A program made the position numbers and the translations under genes. The notes under the pieces are model-generated. The model did no database searches. It saw only the letters and a list, made by a program, of their open reading frames with translations, and was not told the origin of the DNA. From Clostridia bacterium (lineage in GTDB: Bacteria; Bacillota; Clostridia; TANB77; CAG-508), in the NCBI GenBank assembly GCA_017429505.1, contig JAFROW010000009.1:103337-167336 (forward strand): 64,000 nucleotides of DNA, given 5' to 3'. Position 1 is the stretch's first letter. Each line of letters opens with the position of its first letter. Shown here in pieces: positions 8,699 to 20,500 of the stretch.

Positions 8699-11275
8699 TT
8701 ACTTCTCAATCCATTTAACCAAATCCAAATTCTCACTATCTAAAAGCATTTCATTTTGTGGCATAACTCTAAATGTATAACCATAATTTCCACCTGTTTG
8801 AAGTTTAATTTTAGCAGAATAGTGATAACGTTTATACTCTTCTTCTTCTGAAACAAACTTCATAGGAATAACTAGAACATCATCAACTGTTCCATTATCT
8901 GCTACTCTTCCGCAATAAACTTGAACTTGTACATCATCTTTGCTTAAATTTGGAATTGTAACATTACAGTGAACTTCAATTGAATCTCCTGCATCAATAT
9001 TGATGTTTTCAGGATTATCTTCTTGTTCAATTGTTATGTTTTTCCAATGTGTGTATATATCTTTTTTCCACGATGTAAATTCTACTGCTCTTTCTAATAT
9101 ATTGAAATACTCATTTGTTAAATTGATTAGTGGCATATATAACTTGTTTGTATAATCTACAAGCATTCTTGCAGTACTGTATTTTCCACCTGTTGTAATA
9201 ATTGAGTTTTTCATTGTTTCTACCCATCTATCTGAAATTCCATGTTCGTTTCTGTCGTAAAACATTGGAATAATCTTGTTTTCTAATGTTCTATAAATGC
9301 TTTCACTATCTGCAATATCTTGTTCTTGATATGATGAAAATTCTTTATTTGTACCTATGTTCCATCCATTTGTTTGATCATATCCTTCTGCCCACCAGCC
9401 ATCAAGAACACTGAAGTTTATAACTCCATTTACAGATGCCTTTTGACCACTTGTTCCTGATGCTTCCATAGGTCTTCTTGGAGTATTAAGCCATACATCA
9501 ACACCACTTACTAAATATCTTGACATTGCTATATTGTAATTTTCTAATAAGAAAATTTTACCTTTAAACTGTGGTTTCATAGAAAGTTCATGTATGTATT
9601 TTATTAAATCTTGTCCTGGCTTATCAGCAGGATGTGCTTTCCCTGCAAATACAAGTTTTACAGGTCTTTCTGAATCATTTAATATTTGAGTAATTCTTTC
9701 TATATCATTAAAAATTAATGTTGCTCTTTTATATGTTGCAAATCTTCTTGCAAAACCTATAATTAAATCATTTGCATCTAATCCTGATACAATTTCTCTA
9801 ACTTCTTCGTAGCTTACTCCTGCTCTTCTTAACCTATTTGTAGTATTTTCTTTTATTATTTCTATTAATTTTTGTTTTCTCTCTAAGTGAACTTGCCATA
9901 ATCTATCATTTGGAATATTTTTAATTCTTTTCCATGTTTCATCAAGATGAATTTTATCTTGCCAGAAAGGCGTAGCAGGTGTAGTTAAATATTCGTTATA
10001 TAACTCTTTTAGCTTTGGAGCAAGCCATGAGCATGTATGAATACCATTTGTGACATAAGTAATTGGTGATTCATTTGCTGCAATATTTGGCCATACCTCA
10101 CCAAATAATTCTCTTGAAACTTCTCCATGAAGCTTACTAACACCATTTTTCTTTCCTGCAATCTTTAGAGCCAATATTCCCATATTAAAGCTATTTTCCA
10201 AGTTATCTGTAGGTTTCATTCCAAGTTTTAAGAATGTCTCTCTATCTGTTCCTAAAAATTCCCAGAAATTTTTGAAATATTTTTCTACTAAATCCACAGG
10301 GAAAATATCATTTCCAGCTGGAACTGGTGTATGTGTTGTAAATACAGTTTTTGCACTTACAATATCTTTTGCAACTTCAAAAGAAACTTGTTTTTCCTCT
10401 ATTGTGTTTTTCATAAGCTCTAATGTTAAAAATGCAGAATGTCCTTCATTCATATGATAAATTGTAGGATTCAAACCTAATACTTTTAAAAGCTCTACTC
10501 CAGACATACCAAGAACAATCTCTTGTCTTATTCTCATTTCTTGGTCTCCACCATAAAGTCTTAAAGTAACATCTCTATCTTCTGGATTATTGTTATCTAT
10601 ATCTGAGTCTAACAAATAAAGTTTAACTCTTCCAATATTTATTTGCCAAACTTTTAAATACAATCTTCTCTTCGGAAATTTTACATATATAATTAAATCT
10701 TCACCTTTTTCATTTTTTACAGGATTTATAGGTAGATTTTCTAAATCTATATCTTGATATTCAGATACTTGAATTCCATAACCTTCTATTTTTTGGTTAA
10801 AATATCCATTTTTATATAAAAGTCCTACTCCAACTAGCGGAATTCCTAAATCACTTGCAGATTTTAAGTGATCACCTGACAAAATTCCAAGTCCTCCTGA
10901 ATAAATTGGAATAGTTTGGTCTAATCCATATTCAGCTGAAAAATATGCTATTAAATCATTTTTATTTTCTGGATATTTTTTATTAAACCAAGTATCTTTA
11001 CTTGTCATATAATCATCAAAATTTTTAACAACTTTGTTATATTCTTTAACAAATTTTTCATCATTTGATGCTCTTTCTATTCTTTCTTGAGATACTCTTC
11101 TTAAAAATTTGACAGGATTTTTGTCTACTGTTTCCCATAAATCATTGTCAATTTTTTTGAAAAGTCTTAAAAATTCGGAGTTCCAACTCCACCATAGGTT
11201 GTTTGCTATCTCTTGTAATCTATTTATATTTTTTGGTAATTGTGGATTTACTGTAATTTTGTTAAATACGTACAT
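8699..11275 (-). CDS. glgP: Alpha-glucan (glycogen/maltodextrin) phosphorylase, GT35 alpha-glucan family
   Basis: The 858-aa product has YFSAEYGL...IYSGGLGILSGDHLKSASDLGIP and the PLP-lysine region EASGTSGQKASVNG, typical of the DUF3417-type GlgP family. Confidence 0.9.
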   Translation of the reverse strand: MYVFNKITVNPQLPKNINRLQEIANNLWWSWNSEFLRLFKKIDNDLWETVDKNPVKFLRRVSQERIERASNDEKFVKEYNKVVKNFDDYMTSKDTWFNKKYPENKNDLIAYFSAEYGLDQTIPIYSGGLGILSGDHLKSASDLGIPLVGVGLLYKNGYFNQKIEGYGIQVSEYQDIDLENLPINPVKNEKGEDLIIYVKFPKRRLYLKVWQINIGRVKLYLLDSDIDNNNPEDRDVTLRLYGGDQEMRIRQEIVLGMSGVELLKVLGLNPTIYHMNEGHSAFLTLELMKNTIEEKQVSFEVAKDIVSAKTVFTTHTPVPAGNDIFPVDLVEKYFKNFWEFLGTDRETFLKLGMKPTDNLENSFNMGILALKIAGKKNGVSKLHGEVSRELFGEVWPNIAANESPITYVTNGIHTCSWLAPKLKELYNEYLTTPATPFWQDKIHLDETWKRIKNIPNDRLWQVHLERKQKLIEIIKENTTNRLRRAGVSYEEVREIVSGLDANDLIIGFARRFATYKRATLIFNDIERITQILNDSERPVKLVFAGKAHPADKPGQDLIKYIHELSMKPQFKGKIFLLENYNIAMSRYLVSGVDVWLNTPRRPMEASGTSGQKASVNGVINFSVLDGWWAEGYDQTNGWNIGTNKEFSSYQEQDIADSESIYRTLENKIIPMFYDRNEHGISDRWVETMKNSIITTGGKYSTARMLVDYTNKLYMPLINLTNEYFNILERAVEFTSWKKDIYTHWKNITIEQEDNPENINIDAGDSIEVHCNVTIPNLSKDDVQVQVYCGRVADNGTVDDVLVIPMKFVSEEEEYKRYHYSAKIKLQTGGNYGYTFRVMPQNEMLLDSENLDLVKWIEK

Positions 11276-11419
11276 TTTTTAGTTCCTCCTTGGTATCTTT
11301 CTATACAATTTATATTATCCTCTAAAATAATTTTTTTGTCAATAAAAAATTGAAATTTTATAGGAAAATTTTTTGGTTGATATGCTTTGAAAAAACACAA
11401 GAAAAAATTTCCATAAATC

Positions 11420-11448
11420 TTGCTTTTTTGCTTATAATCTTGTATAAT
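11420..11448 (+). promoter_or_regulatory. Sigma-A type promoter candidate for asnS
   Basis: TTGCTT (11420-11425), a 17-nt spacer, then TATAAT (11443-11448). It lies about 90 nt upstream of the asnS start. Confidence 0.5.
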
Positions 11449-11535
11449 ATTCACATAATTGTAATATATAGTTCATTTTTCAAATAAAGCTTATTTATTT
11501 TATTTTTGAACTATAACATAAGGAGGAGGAAACTT

Positions 11536-12927
11536 ATGGAAAAATTTTCAGTTAAAGAATTGTACCAAGATTATTTAAAATTAGAAAACAAAGAAATAAC
11601 AATAGAAGGATGGATAAAAAATCTTAGGGATTCAAAAACATTCGGATTTATCGAATTAAATGATGGAACATTTTTCAAAAATATTCAAATTGTTATTTCT
11701 GATAAATTAAACAATTTCAAAGAAGTTGCTAAACTTTCAATATATTCAACTATTAAAGCAACAGGAACTTTGGTTGTTACAGAAAATGCTAAGCAACCTT
11801 TTGAAATACAGGCTACAAATGTAGAAATATTAAGTGAATGTGACAGAGATTATCCATTACAAAATAAAAGACACACTATGGAGTATTTAAGAACAATTGC
11901 ACATCTTCGTCCACGTGCTAATACATTTCAAGCTGTATTTAGAATTAGAAGTGTTGCTGCATTTGCAATTCACGAATATTTTCAAAAAAATGGATATGTT
12001 TATGCACATACACCAATTATAACTTGTGCAGATTGTGAAGGTTCTGCTGAAATGTTTAAATTAACTACAATGGATTTAAAGAAAGAACTTCCAAAAACAA
12101 AAGATGGAGAAACAGACTTTTCAAATGATTTATTTGGAAAGGAAACATATATTACAGGTTCTGGACAACTTCATGGAGAAACATTTGCATCTGCATTTGG
12201 AAAAATTTATACATTTGGGCCAACACTTCGTTCAGAAAATTCAAATACAAAAACACATGCAAACGAATTTTGGATGATTGAACCAGAAATATCTTTCTGT
12301 GATTTAGATGAATTAATGGATATAGAAGAAGATTGCTTAAAATTTATAGTAAAAAGAGTTTTAGAGCAATGCTCTGAAGAAATTGAATTTTGCGATAAAT
12401 TTATAGAAAAAGGCTTAAAAGAAAAACTTGCAAAACTTCTTGATTCTGAATTTGTTAGAATTGATCACAAAGAAGCAATCGATATTCTAAAAAAAGCTGA
12501 CCGAAAATGGGAATTTGAGCCTGATTATGAAGAAGATTTAGCCAAAGAACATGAAAAATATATTACAGAATATTTCAATGGTCCAGTATTTGTTAAAAAT
12601 TGGCCAAAAGATATTAAATCATATTACATGAAGTTAAACGAAGATGGAAAAACAGTTGCGGCAGTTGACTTAGAAGTTCCAGGTTCAGGAGAAATAATGG
12701 GTGGATCTCAAAGAGAAGATGACTATGATAAACTTCTTGAGCGTATTAAAGAAAAAAATATGGATGCTAGTCAAATTCAGTGGTATCTTGATTTACGAAG
12801 ATTTGGTTCTAATGTACATTCAGGATTTGGTCTTGGATTTGAAAGACTTCTAATGTATATAACTGGAATTGAAAACATTAGAGATGTTATTCCATTTCCA
12901 AGAACACCAAAGAATTGTGATTTTTAG
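11536..12927 (+). CDS. asnS: Asparagine--tRNA ligase
   Basis: Class IIb motifs are present (FRIRS..., GSGEIMGGSQRE, GFGLGFERLLMY), and the overall length fits. I chose the start at ATG 11536 (MEKFSVKEL) because an AGGAGGAGG RBS lies immediately upstream. The track ORF starts 30 nt earlier without an RBS. Confidence 0.95.
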   Translation: MEKFSVKELYQDYLKLENKEITIEGWIKNLRDSKTFGFIELNDGTFFKNIQIVISDKLNNFKEVAKLSIYSTIKATGTLVVTENAKQPFEIQATNVEILSECDRDYPLQNKRHTMEYLRTIAHLRPRANTFQAVFRIRSVAAFAIHEYFQKNGYVYAHTPIITCADCEGSAEMFKLTTMDLKKELPKTKDGETDFSNDLFGKETYITGSGQLHGETFASAFGKIYTFGPTLRSENSNTKTHANEFWMIEPEISFCDLDELMDIEEDCLKFIVKRVLEQCSEEIEFCDKFIEKGLKEKLAKLLDSEFVRIDHKEAIDILKKADRKWEFEPDYEEDLAKEHEKYITEYFNGPVFVKNWPKDIKSYYMKLNEDGKTVAAVDLEVPGSGEIMGGSQREDDYDKLLERIKEKNMDASQIQWYLDLRRFGSNVHSGFGLGFERLLMYITGIENIRDVIPFPRTPKNCDF

Positions 12928-13030
12928 ATTCCTTTTTGATATTGTATTTTGTTGAATAGGAACAAATGATTTTTCTTTGTGTTTCCTATTCAACGAAAAA
13001 AAGTGAACCTTACTTATAGAATAAATTTTA

Positions 13031-13069
13031 GGACGGATGAAAAGATGAACTCTCTTTTTTCCTCCGTCC
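13031..13069. terminator. Hairpin between the convergent genes asnS and topB
   Basis: GGACGGATGAAAAG (13031-13044) pairs with CTTTTTTCCTCCGTCC (13054-13069). The flank is T-rich on the minus strand. It carries the recurring CCGTCCCAAAAAG motif. Confidence 0.5.
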
Positions 13070-13076
13070 CAAAAAG

Positions 13077-15164
13077 CTACCTTCTAATCACCAATTTATC
13101 AAACTTTGAATTTATATATTTTTCTAGTTTTTCCATAAATACTTCTGGCTGTATTTCTTTTCTTGCAACCATTCCAAGTCCTTTTTCCCAACTAGCTGTA
13201 AGCTCTGGGTTTAACATATCTGGCATTGATGATTTTATTACATCATAGATTGCCTCTCCCTTTATAGTTGGTGTAATAACTTTTGTTTTATCATTTATTT
13301 GAATATATTGAATTCTTACTAGTTTTTTTATAATCTCTCCACGTGTTGCTGCAGTTCCAATTCCATCACCTTTTATTTGCTCACGTAGTTCTTCATCTTC
13401 TATTAACTTTCCAGCACTTCTCATTGCTAAAATTATATTTCCTGAGTTATATCTTGTTGGAGGTGAAGTCTCTGCGTCTTTTAATTCGAAATTTTTAACA
13501 CCTAGTTTTTCGTTCTTTTTTAAAGTTTTCAAAATTTCTAGATTGTCTTCGCTCTCTTCCTTCTCTGCTTCTTCTTGATTGTTTTGGGTACTTTCACTAT
13601 TTTTTACTTCACTATTGACTTGGCTTATATTACCTTGGCTTATACTACCTTGTCTATTATCACTTTGTTCACTTTCTAATAAGGCTTTTTGTGAATTTTC
13701 TGATGAGTTTTCCACATTTTGTGCATTTTCTGTGGATTGTTCTTCCTTTTTTTCAGGTTTAAGAACATCTAAATAACCTCTATTTATACACACTTTTCCA
13801 CTTGCATAAAAAGTTTCATTTTCTATATTTACAGTAACATTTACTTTATTGTATTCTGCAGGTGGATAAAAAATTGCCAAGAACCTTTTTACCACAACCT
13901 TATATACTTTTTTTTGCAATTCAGGAAGTGACTCATAATTTTCAAATCCCTGTCCTGTTGGAATTATAGCATAGTGATCTGTAATTTTTTTATCATCTAC
14001 ATATTTTGTTTTAATTAAATCTGTAGCATATTTTTCGTCTATCATCTTTTTTATATCACCTTGAACTTCAAGGTCTTTGTAACCTTTTGCTAATCCATTT
14101 AAATTTTTTGTTATTTCTTTTGCAATTGCAGTAGAAAGCACCTTTGCATCTGTTCTTGGATATGTAAGTAATTTCTTCTCATATAAATTTTGTATAATGT
14201 CTAAAGTCTCGTCTGGATTTATTTTAAATCTTTTTGTACATTCATTTTGAAGCTCTCCTAAATCAAACAAAAGTGGTGCATTTACTTTTTGCTTATTTTT
14301 CTTCATTTCTGTAACAACCGCTTCTTTGCCTGCTAAATCAGCAATAAATGCTTTTGCATCTTCTTCTTTTTTGAAGCCACTTTCATTATAAAGCTTTGCA
14401 GAATCAAACATTTTTGATTTTTCATTTACTTTCCACTCTGCTTTAAAACTACCTTTGTCATTCCCAAATTCGCCTAAAATTTTGTAATATTTTGTTTTAA
14501 TAAAATTTTTTATTTCTCTTTCTCTCGAAACAACCATTCCAAGTACACATGTCATAACTCTTCCAACAGCAATTGTTGCTTTTTCTTCATTTATTTTTGA
14601 AGCCATTCTCCTTCCATAAATAATTGTTAAAAGTCTTGAAAAATTAATACCTATTAGATAGTCCTCTTTTGCCCTTAAATAAGCACTATCTGAGATACTA
14701 TCATATTCTGTCATATCTTTGGCTTCGCGAATACCTCTTAAAATTTCTTCCTCTGTTTGTGAATCTATCCAAACTCTTTTCATCTTTGCATTTGGATTTG
14801 GCTTTGCCATCATAAAAACAAGCCTCTGAATATATTCTCCTTCACGCCCTGAGTCTCCTGCATTATATATTTCTGTTATATCTTCACGTTGTAACAATTT
14901 TTGAACAACATCAAATTGCTTAGAAACATTTTTTATTACTTCATATTTATACTCTTTTGGCATAAAAGGAAGTGTATCTAGTCTCCAAAATTTAAGATTT
15001 TCATCATATTTTTCAGGATAACTCATTGTTATTAAATGACCTACACACCATGTAATTATCCATTCTCCAGATTCCATATAACTTCCTTTATTTACAGCAT
15101 TTAATTTTAGCGCCTTTGCAAATTCTCTTGCAACCGATGGCTTTTCCGTTATTATTAATTTCAA
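13077..15164 (-). CDS. topB: DNA topoisomerase III, with a low-complexity insertion
   Basis: LIITEKPSVAREFA is the TOPRIM N-terminus. Other type IA blocks are SGREGEYIQRL, LTYPRTDAKVLS (active-site Tyr region) and IGTAATRGEII. The likely start is TTG 15164 (MKLIITEKPS) with an AAAGGA RBS. The track start at 15206 adds 14 atypical residues. Confidence 0.9.
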   Translation of the reverse strand: MKLIITEKPSVAREFAKALKLNAVNKGSYMESGEWIITWCVGHLITMSYPEKYDENLKFWRLDTLPFMPKEYKYEVIKNVSKQFDVVQKLLQREDITEIYNAGDSGREGEYIQRLVFMMAKPNPNAKMKRVWIDSQTEEEILRGIREAKDMTEYDSISDSAYLRAKEDYLIGINFSRLLTIIYGRRMASKINEEKATIAVGRVMTCVLGMVVSREREIKNFIKTKYYKILGEFGNDKGSFKAEWKVNEKSKMFDSAKLYNESGFKKEEDAKAFIADLAGKEAVVTEMKKNKQKVNAPLLFDLGELQNECTKRFKINPDETLDIIQNLYEKKLLTYPRTDAKVLSTAIAKEITKNLNGLAKGYKDLEVQGDIKKMIDEKYATDLIKTKYVDDKKITDHYAIIPTGQGFENYESLPELQKKVYKVVVKRFLAIFYPPAEYNKVNVTVNIENETFYASGKVCINRGYLDVLKPEKKEEQSTENAQNVENSSENSQKALLESEQSDNRQGSISQGNISQVNSEVKNSESTQNNQEEAEKEESEDNLEILKTLKKNEKLGVKNFELKDAETSPPTRYNSGNIILAMRSAGKLIEDEELREQIKGDGIGTAATRGEIIKKLVRIQYIQINDKTKVITPTIKGEAIYDVIKSSMPDMLNPELTASWEKGLGMVARKEIQPEVFMEKLEKYINSKFDKLVIRR

Positions 15165-15258
15165 TTGTTTCAGTCCTTTTCTATTTTTTACAATATAAAA
15201 AATCATCTTATTTTTATGTATATAAAAAGCTAAATTTTACTATATTTCTTATATTATA

Positions 15259-16026
15259 CTAAAGTCTTGTCTTATTTTCAACATATTCATTTGCTATTTT
15301 TCTTATTTGTCTCATCTGTTCGGCAGTGGTTTCATCTTTAAAATCAAATTTATTTAAAATTTTATTTATATAATCTTCTCTTTTAATTACCTCAAAATCA
15401 TATTTATAATGTATATCAAACATCATTGCTATAAAATTAATAATACTATCTACCTTTGTTTTAATATCTTTCCTATCACTATGAATATGTTTAATAAATG
15501 CATTTTGAGCCTCAGCAGTTATTATAGAATTATTAACCTCATCTCTTTGTTCATCTTTTGTCCAAAACATTTCTGCTCCTTCGTAAAGAATATCTAGCTT
15601 ATCAGCATCTCTTATAATTTTTGAAAATAATAGTTCTTCCTCTGACAACCCATCCTCTATTTTAAATTTATTATGATTTTTTATAGCTTTAAAAATTATG
15701 TTGTCATACTTATCTTCTTCTATATACCTTCTTATATAATCATTTTTTTGTAATATCTCTACTCCTAAATCTCCATGATCAAATCTCAAATCTTCTTTTA
15801 AAATATCTTTTACTTTTATTTCTTCGAAATGTCCTATATCATGTAATAGTCCAATTAAAGTTGCAATTTCTGTTTCTTCATTACTCAAATTCAAACTTTC
15901 AGCAATATTTTTTGCATTTTCCATTACTCTAAATGAATGTTCAAATTTTCTTTTCATTTTTGGAAATGTTAAATCATATTGATTTGCAAATTTTTCAAAT
16001 TCTTGTTTTCCCTTTTCTATATCCAT
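15259..16026 (-). CDS. HD domain phosphohydrolase
   Basis: EHSFRV...LIGLLHDIGHFEE gives the H...HD motif, and a later D(A)DKLD follows. The ATG at 16026 is preferred over 16053, though that choice is weak. Confidence 0.7.
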   Translation of the reverse strand: MDIEKGKQEFEKFANQYDLTFPKMKRKFEHSFRVMENAKNIAESLNLSNEETEIATLIGLLHDIGHFEEIKVKDILKEDLRFDHGDLGVEILQKNDYIRRYIEEDKYDNIIFKAIKNHNKFKIEDGLSEEELLFSKIIRDADKLDILYEGAEMFWTKDEQRDEVNNSIITAEAQNAFIKHIHSDRKDIKTKVDSIINFIAMMFDIHYKYDFEVIKREDYINKILNKFDFKDETTAEQMRQIRKIANEYVENKTRL

Positions 16027-16167
16027 AGTTCTATTAATTCCTTCCCATTCCATACTTTTTTATTGAAAATGTAATTCTTTTATTATTCGAGTTTTACATT
16101 TTATATTTTATCAAAATATAAAATGTTTTTCAAGCAAAAGAGATAGGATTCCTCCTATCTCTCAAAA

Positions 16168-17478
16168 TTAATTAAAACTAAATGACATTACAAAATCTGT
16201 TCCTTCTTTAAGCCTCATAATTATTGTCATATTTATTTCACCATCTTTTTGTTTAGTCAAATCAGACAATTTAATATTATATGCATAAGTATTACTACCT
16301 AAATCTTTATAATTCGTAAAACTCAAACTATTATATTTAAATAATCTACTTTTTACAATTTTCTCAAAATCAGCTTGTGTCTTTATATTTTTCATTTTAA
16401 ATGATTCATCCAAAACCGAATATGATGTTCTGTAATCTTGCCTATTTATCATCTGAAAAAATTTATCAATATTCATTTGAACTTTTTGTTCATTTTGTGC
16501 ACTTTCATACGTTGTTATAAATTTTTCTGTGTCTATTGTATAATTATCTAAACTAACATTATAGTTAAGTGCATCTTTTACTTCAAATATATAATAGTTT
16601 TGATTTTGATCTTGTACTACATATTGTATATATTGTCCATTACTACTTAATAGATATCTTTGTGGTATTATATTTTTAAATTCAGCATAATTATCCTTTA
16701 TATACTGTATATAATTCTCTATTGTACCAAATCTTTTATTTCTATATTGTTCAGACATTTTTTCATATGTGTATTTTGGATTAGCAAGGGTTAAAAATCG
16801 ATAAGCTTCAAAATATTCTGTTGCTATTTCTTCGTCATTTTGTAAGTCAGATATATTATAAGTATTGTATTCTTTATTTTGTATTTTATCCATATTTTTA
16901 TTCAAAGTATATGAAGAATATACTTTACTATCAATTGGAATCAGGTTAAATATTTGCTCATTATCGTCAATAAAAAGAATAAAGAACACTTCTTTTTTTT
17001 CAACATATTCTAAATCTTGTAAAACTCCATATACTTTGTATGCAGAAATGTTAGATTTTTCTAATATATCAATTTTTACCGGATAAAATCGTTGTTTTTT
17101 CAAAAACACTTGTATTTTTTGGAATATATTATTTTTAGTTAAATTGTTTTCTTTAGCAAAACTTTCATTTAATAAAGAATATATAGTTTCTTTTTGAATT
17201 TCTTCTACATATTTATCGCTTCCATCTTCTTGTTTTTCATAATATATTGAATTATTCTTATCTAATAAATCTACATATTTTTGTATACATTCTTTTATAG
17301 AAAAATAGTCTGAATATTGAATACTATCGTCTAATTGGGCTAATTCTGTTTCTTCCTCATCATATGTAAAATCATCTTCATCTTCAATCTCTAGTAATTT
17401 ACTAAAATTCAATAATACTACTATCAAAATAATTATAATTATAATTAAAGAGTAAATAATATATTTAATTTTCTTCAT
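16168..17478 (-). CDS. Hypothetical membrane-anchored extracytoplasmic protein
   Basis: It is a long ORF with a single N-terminal TM (YIIYSLIIIIIILIVVLL). I recognised no catalytic motif. It lies in the same direction as the large hydrolase cluster. Confidence 0.5.
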   Translation of the reverse strand: MKKIKYIIYSLIIIIIILIVVLLNFSKLLEIEDEDDFTYDEEETELAQLDDSIQYSDYFSIKECIQKYVDLLDKNNSIYYEKQEDGSDKYVEEIQKETIYSLLNESFAKENNLTKNNIFQKIQVFLKKQRFYPVKIDILEKSNISAYKVYGVLQDLEYVEKKEVFFILFIDDNEQIFNLIPIDSKVYSSYTLNKNMDKIQNKEYNTYNISDLQNDEEIATEYFEAYRFLTLANPKYTYEKMSEQYRNKRFGTIENYIQYIKDNYAEFKNIIPQRYLLSSNGQYIQYVVQDQNQNYYIFEVKDALNYNVSLDNYTIDTEKFITTYESAQNEQKVQMNIDKFFQMINRQDYRTSYSVLDESFKMKNIKTQADFEKIVKSRLFKYNSLSFTNYKDLGSNTYAYNIKLSDLTKQKDGEINMTIIMRLKEGTDFVMSFSFN

Positions 17479-17571
17479 CTAAAATTTCATTCCTTTCCCT
17501 CTTAGCTTGGAAATCACACATTCAAAACTAATACCATTTTTCATTTTATATTAAAACATAAAAAATAATTT

Positions 17572-20500
17572 TTATTTAATTTTAGTGTATATAACTAATC
17601 TATTTCCAACATTTCCTATCCATTCAATTAGTTGTTGTTCTGTATAAAGAGCATTTTTTTGATTAATTTTTCCAGCTGCTTTCATATGATAATGTACACC
17701 ATCAAAATAGAAAATTAACCCTGAATGAGTTCCTTTCCAACTTACCCATTCTCCCCTCGAATTACGCCATTTATTTGTGTTAACCATTAATTGTACAAGT
17801 TTTCCTTGTTTTAGTGCATCTTTTACATTTGTTATATTTGCTTTGGCACGAGATACTTTCATATTAAATTTATAATTAACATCTTCACATTTATATGGTT
17901 CTTTACCTGAATGTTTTAATTCAGGATGAGCTTTTACAAGTACATCATATATTTCATATATACGGTAATTTGTTCCGTTAAAAATATTAACCGCTTCTTC
18001 ATAACAACCAAGTGTTCCACCTCTATGATGAACAATCTCTCCTTGCCATTTTAAATTACCATTTTCTCTTGCATGAATACCATCAAATACGTTAATTGCA
18101 TGTTCTAAATTAAATGGTAAATTTCCAGTTGGTAAACTTGTTGACCTTTTTCCTTTAAATTGATTATAAAAATATGTTGCTAATTCTATTCTTTTTAGCA
18201 TACTTGACATAAAGGCGCCTTCACTCGGTCTTTCAAATGTTGCAGCAAATGCTCTTGTTGCATAATCAATTTTAGATTGATCATTTTCCACATTTTTTAC
18301 TGCATCGCTTTGATATGTAACACCATTATATGTTTTAGTCATAAATTGATAGCTTGCATATCCTTTAGCTTTACCTTGTCCTGTAATTTCTGTTATTAAA
18401 AATTCAATTTGAGTAGCTTCATCTTTCCACGTTTTTCCTTTGCTTTGAGCATATTTTCTAAGTTGTGTATTTCTACCTTCAGACCCTCTATTATTATTAG
18501 TCCATTGGCACATTCCAATTCCACCATTATTTTCTGTAAAACCACCTTCTACTACATCTGTTTTTATAGTTTTTGTTGATGAACCTCCAGATTCATAACT
18601 TAAATTTCCCATTGCTCCAGCAGCAGCTACATCATTAAATCCAGCATTTATTAATGCAAGCCATACTCTTTCTTCTGTTGTATTTCCTTCTAGAGTTCCT
18701 CCTATATTAGTAAAATCTGAAGGATTATATACACTAAAATTATATGTTTTTATTCTATCTATAGCTGTACCAGTTGACTTATATATTAAATATTTTGTCA
18801 AATCAACCATATTAGCTGTATCCGCATTACTTTCTAATGCTTCAAAAAACCAATCCTTAGCGCTTAATATATTACTTCTTGCATTATAATGTTTGTTGAA
18901 AACAGTGGCAAATTTTGGCATTTCATCTGTATAAAATTTCTCTTTATCTGGCTCTGCTGTATAACTTGATGATGTTGTATCTATTGTACTTGTTGTTTTT
19001 GTATTAGTAGTGTATTCTGTCTCTTGCTGTTCATTATCATTGTGAATTATAGATGTTGAAACACTCTCTCCAGTTCCTCGTGAATTTATCCATTCAAAAG
19101 CTTTTGCATTTGCTTTACTTAAAATATTATTTTTTAATTTAGAACTTGTTATTTCACTATATGTATCAGAATCTTGAATTTTATCTGTTTGCGTACTTGT
19201 ATCATGCGTATTTGGTTGTTCATTATATTTGTATTTTTTTTCATACTTTACACACCAAGAATCTGCCAAAGTTAATGCTATATCCAGAGTATTGGTTTTA
19301 TTAACAATTGTAGTTGTTTTTTCATAGTATTCTTTTTCTGTCGCTGTACCTTTAATAATATCTTGTAAAGTATTGCTTCCTTTAACTTTTGTACTAGTAT
19401 TATTCGGATATTGTATATTGTATGTATAATCAAATTTAACATTTGCTTGTCCTGTATATTTATAATCCGTTGTTCGCTCTTCTTTAGTCACTGTCTTTGT
19501 TTTATTATAGTTATCGTGAATAGTAATTTCTATTTGGCTATTTCTTACTAAATCTGCCAAATCAAAAGTATAACTTTTGTCATTACTATATATTAACATT
19601 GCCCATAAATAATTAAATGGCATTCTATATTGTGCAACAATTGATTGGTAAGGTATTGTTATTTCACTCATATTATAGTTATGATCATTTTTATTTTCAG
19701 ATTCATCAGTAGAAACAACTTTTTCAGTATTTTCTTGCCATGTAGCAACTTTAACTTTAAAAACTGCTTTATTTCCTGTAGAAGTATCATTACTACTTTC
19801 TGTTGTTGAAGAACCACTGCTTTCTGCAAATCTTCTTATAGTCAAAATTTTAGCAAAAGCCGCATTACTACCATGTTTACAATCTTCTTGCTCATCTGCT
19901 TCATGGATTATTCCTCCATGTCCATCATAAATTGCCATATGATAACTTCGTCCCTTTCCAGGTCCATAGACTATCATATCTCCTGCTTGTGCTTCTGATA
20001 AACTTGAAACTTCTTTTCCAGCTGTTTCAAATCCGAATGTTGTAATACGTCCGCCAGAGTATAGTCCAAGCTTATGAAGTATAGCCCAACAAAATCCAGA
20101 ACAGTCTGCTCCTGTTTCAAGTGATGAGCCGCCCCATACATAAGGAAGTTTTCCAACATATTTTTCTGCCTCATCTACAATTGCTTGTCCAGATTTACTA
20201 TAATCTGAATTATTAGATGTTGAAGTTGAACCATTAGAACTATGTAAAATTCCTGTATCAGGATCAAAATATGCATCAGTATCTGTTGGTAATACCTTAA
20301 AATGCAATATTGCATCTACCTCTTTAGTATTAACATTACTAATATATACTCCTTGGGCATGGTTAGTATTAGCACACTGCACTTTTTTATATTTTCCATT
20401 TTTGTCTTTTCCCAGATATATATATACATGGTTATGTGAACCTGAACCATAATGTTCCCATATAACATCTCCTGGAGAAGCTTTAGACATATCTGTTCCT

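Noticed and set aside
11248-11454. 68-aa ORF upstream of glgP
   Set aside because: It overlaps the glgP start and the asnS promoter region. It has no RBS and no recognisable sequence features.
11276-11535. Possible T-box leader upstream of asnS
   Set aside because: I could not find the conserved T-box sequence (..TGGTACCGCG-like) or a specifier/antiterminator arrangement. A plain promoter plus RBS explains the region.
12979-13248. 89-aa plus-strand ORF after asnS
   Set aside because: It spans the terminator hairpin and runs antisense into the topB 3' end, and it has no RBS.
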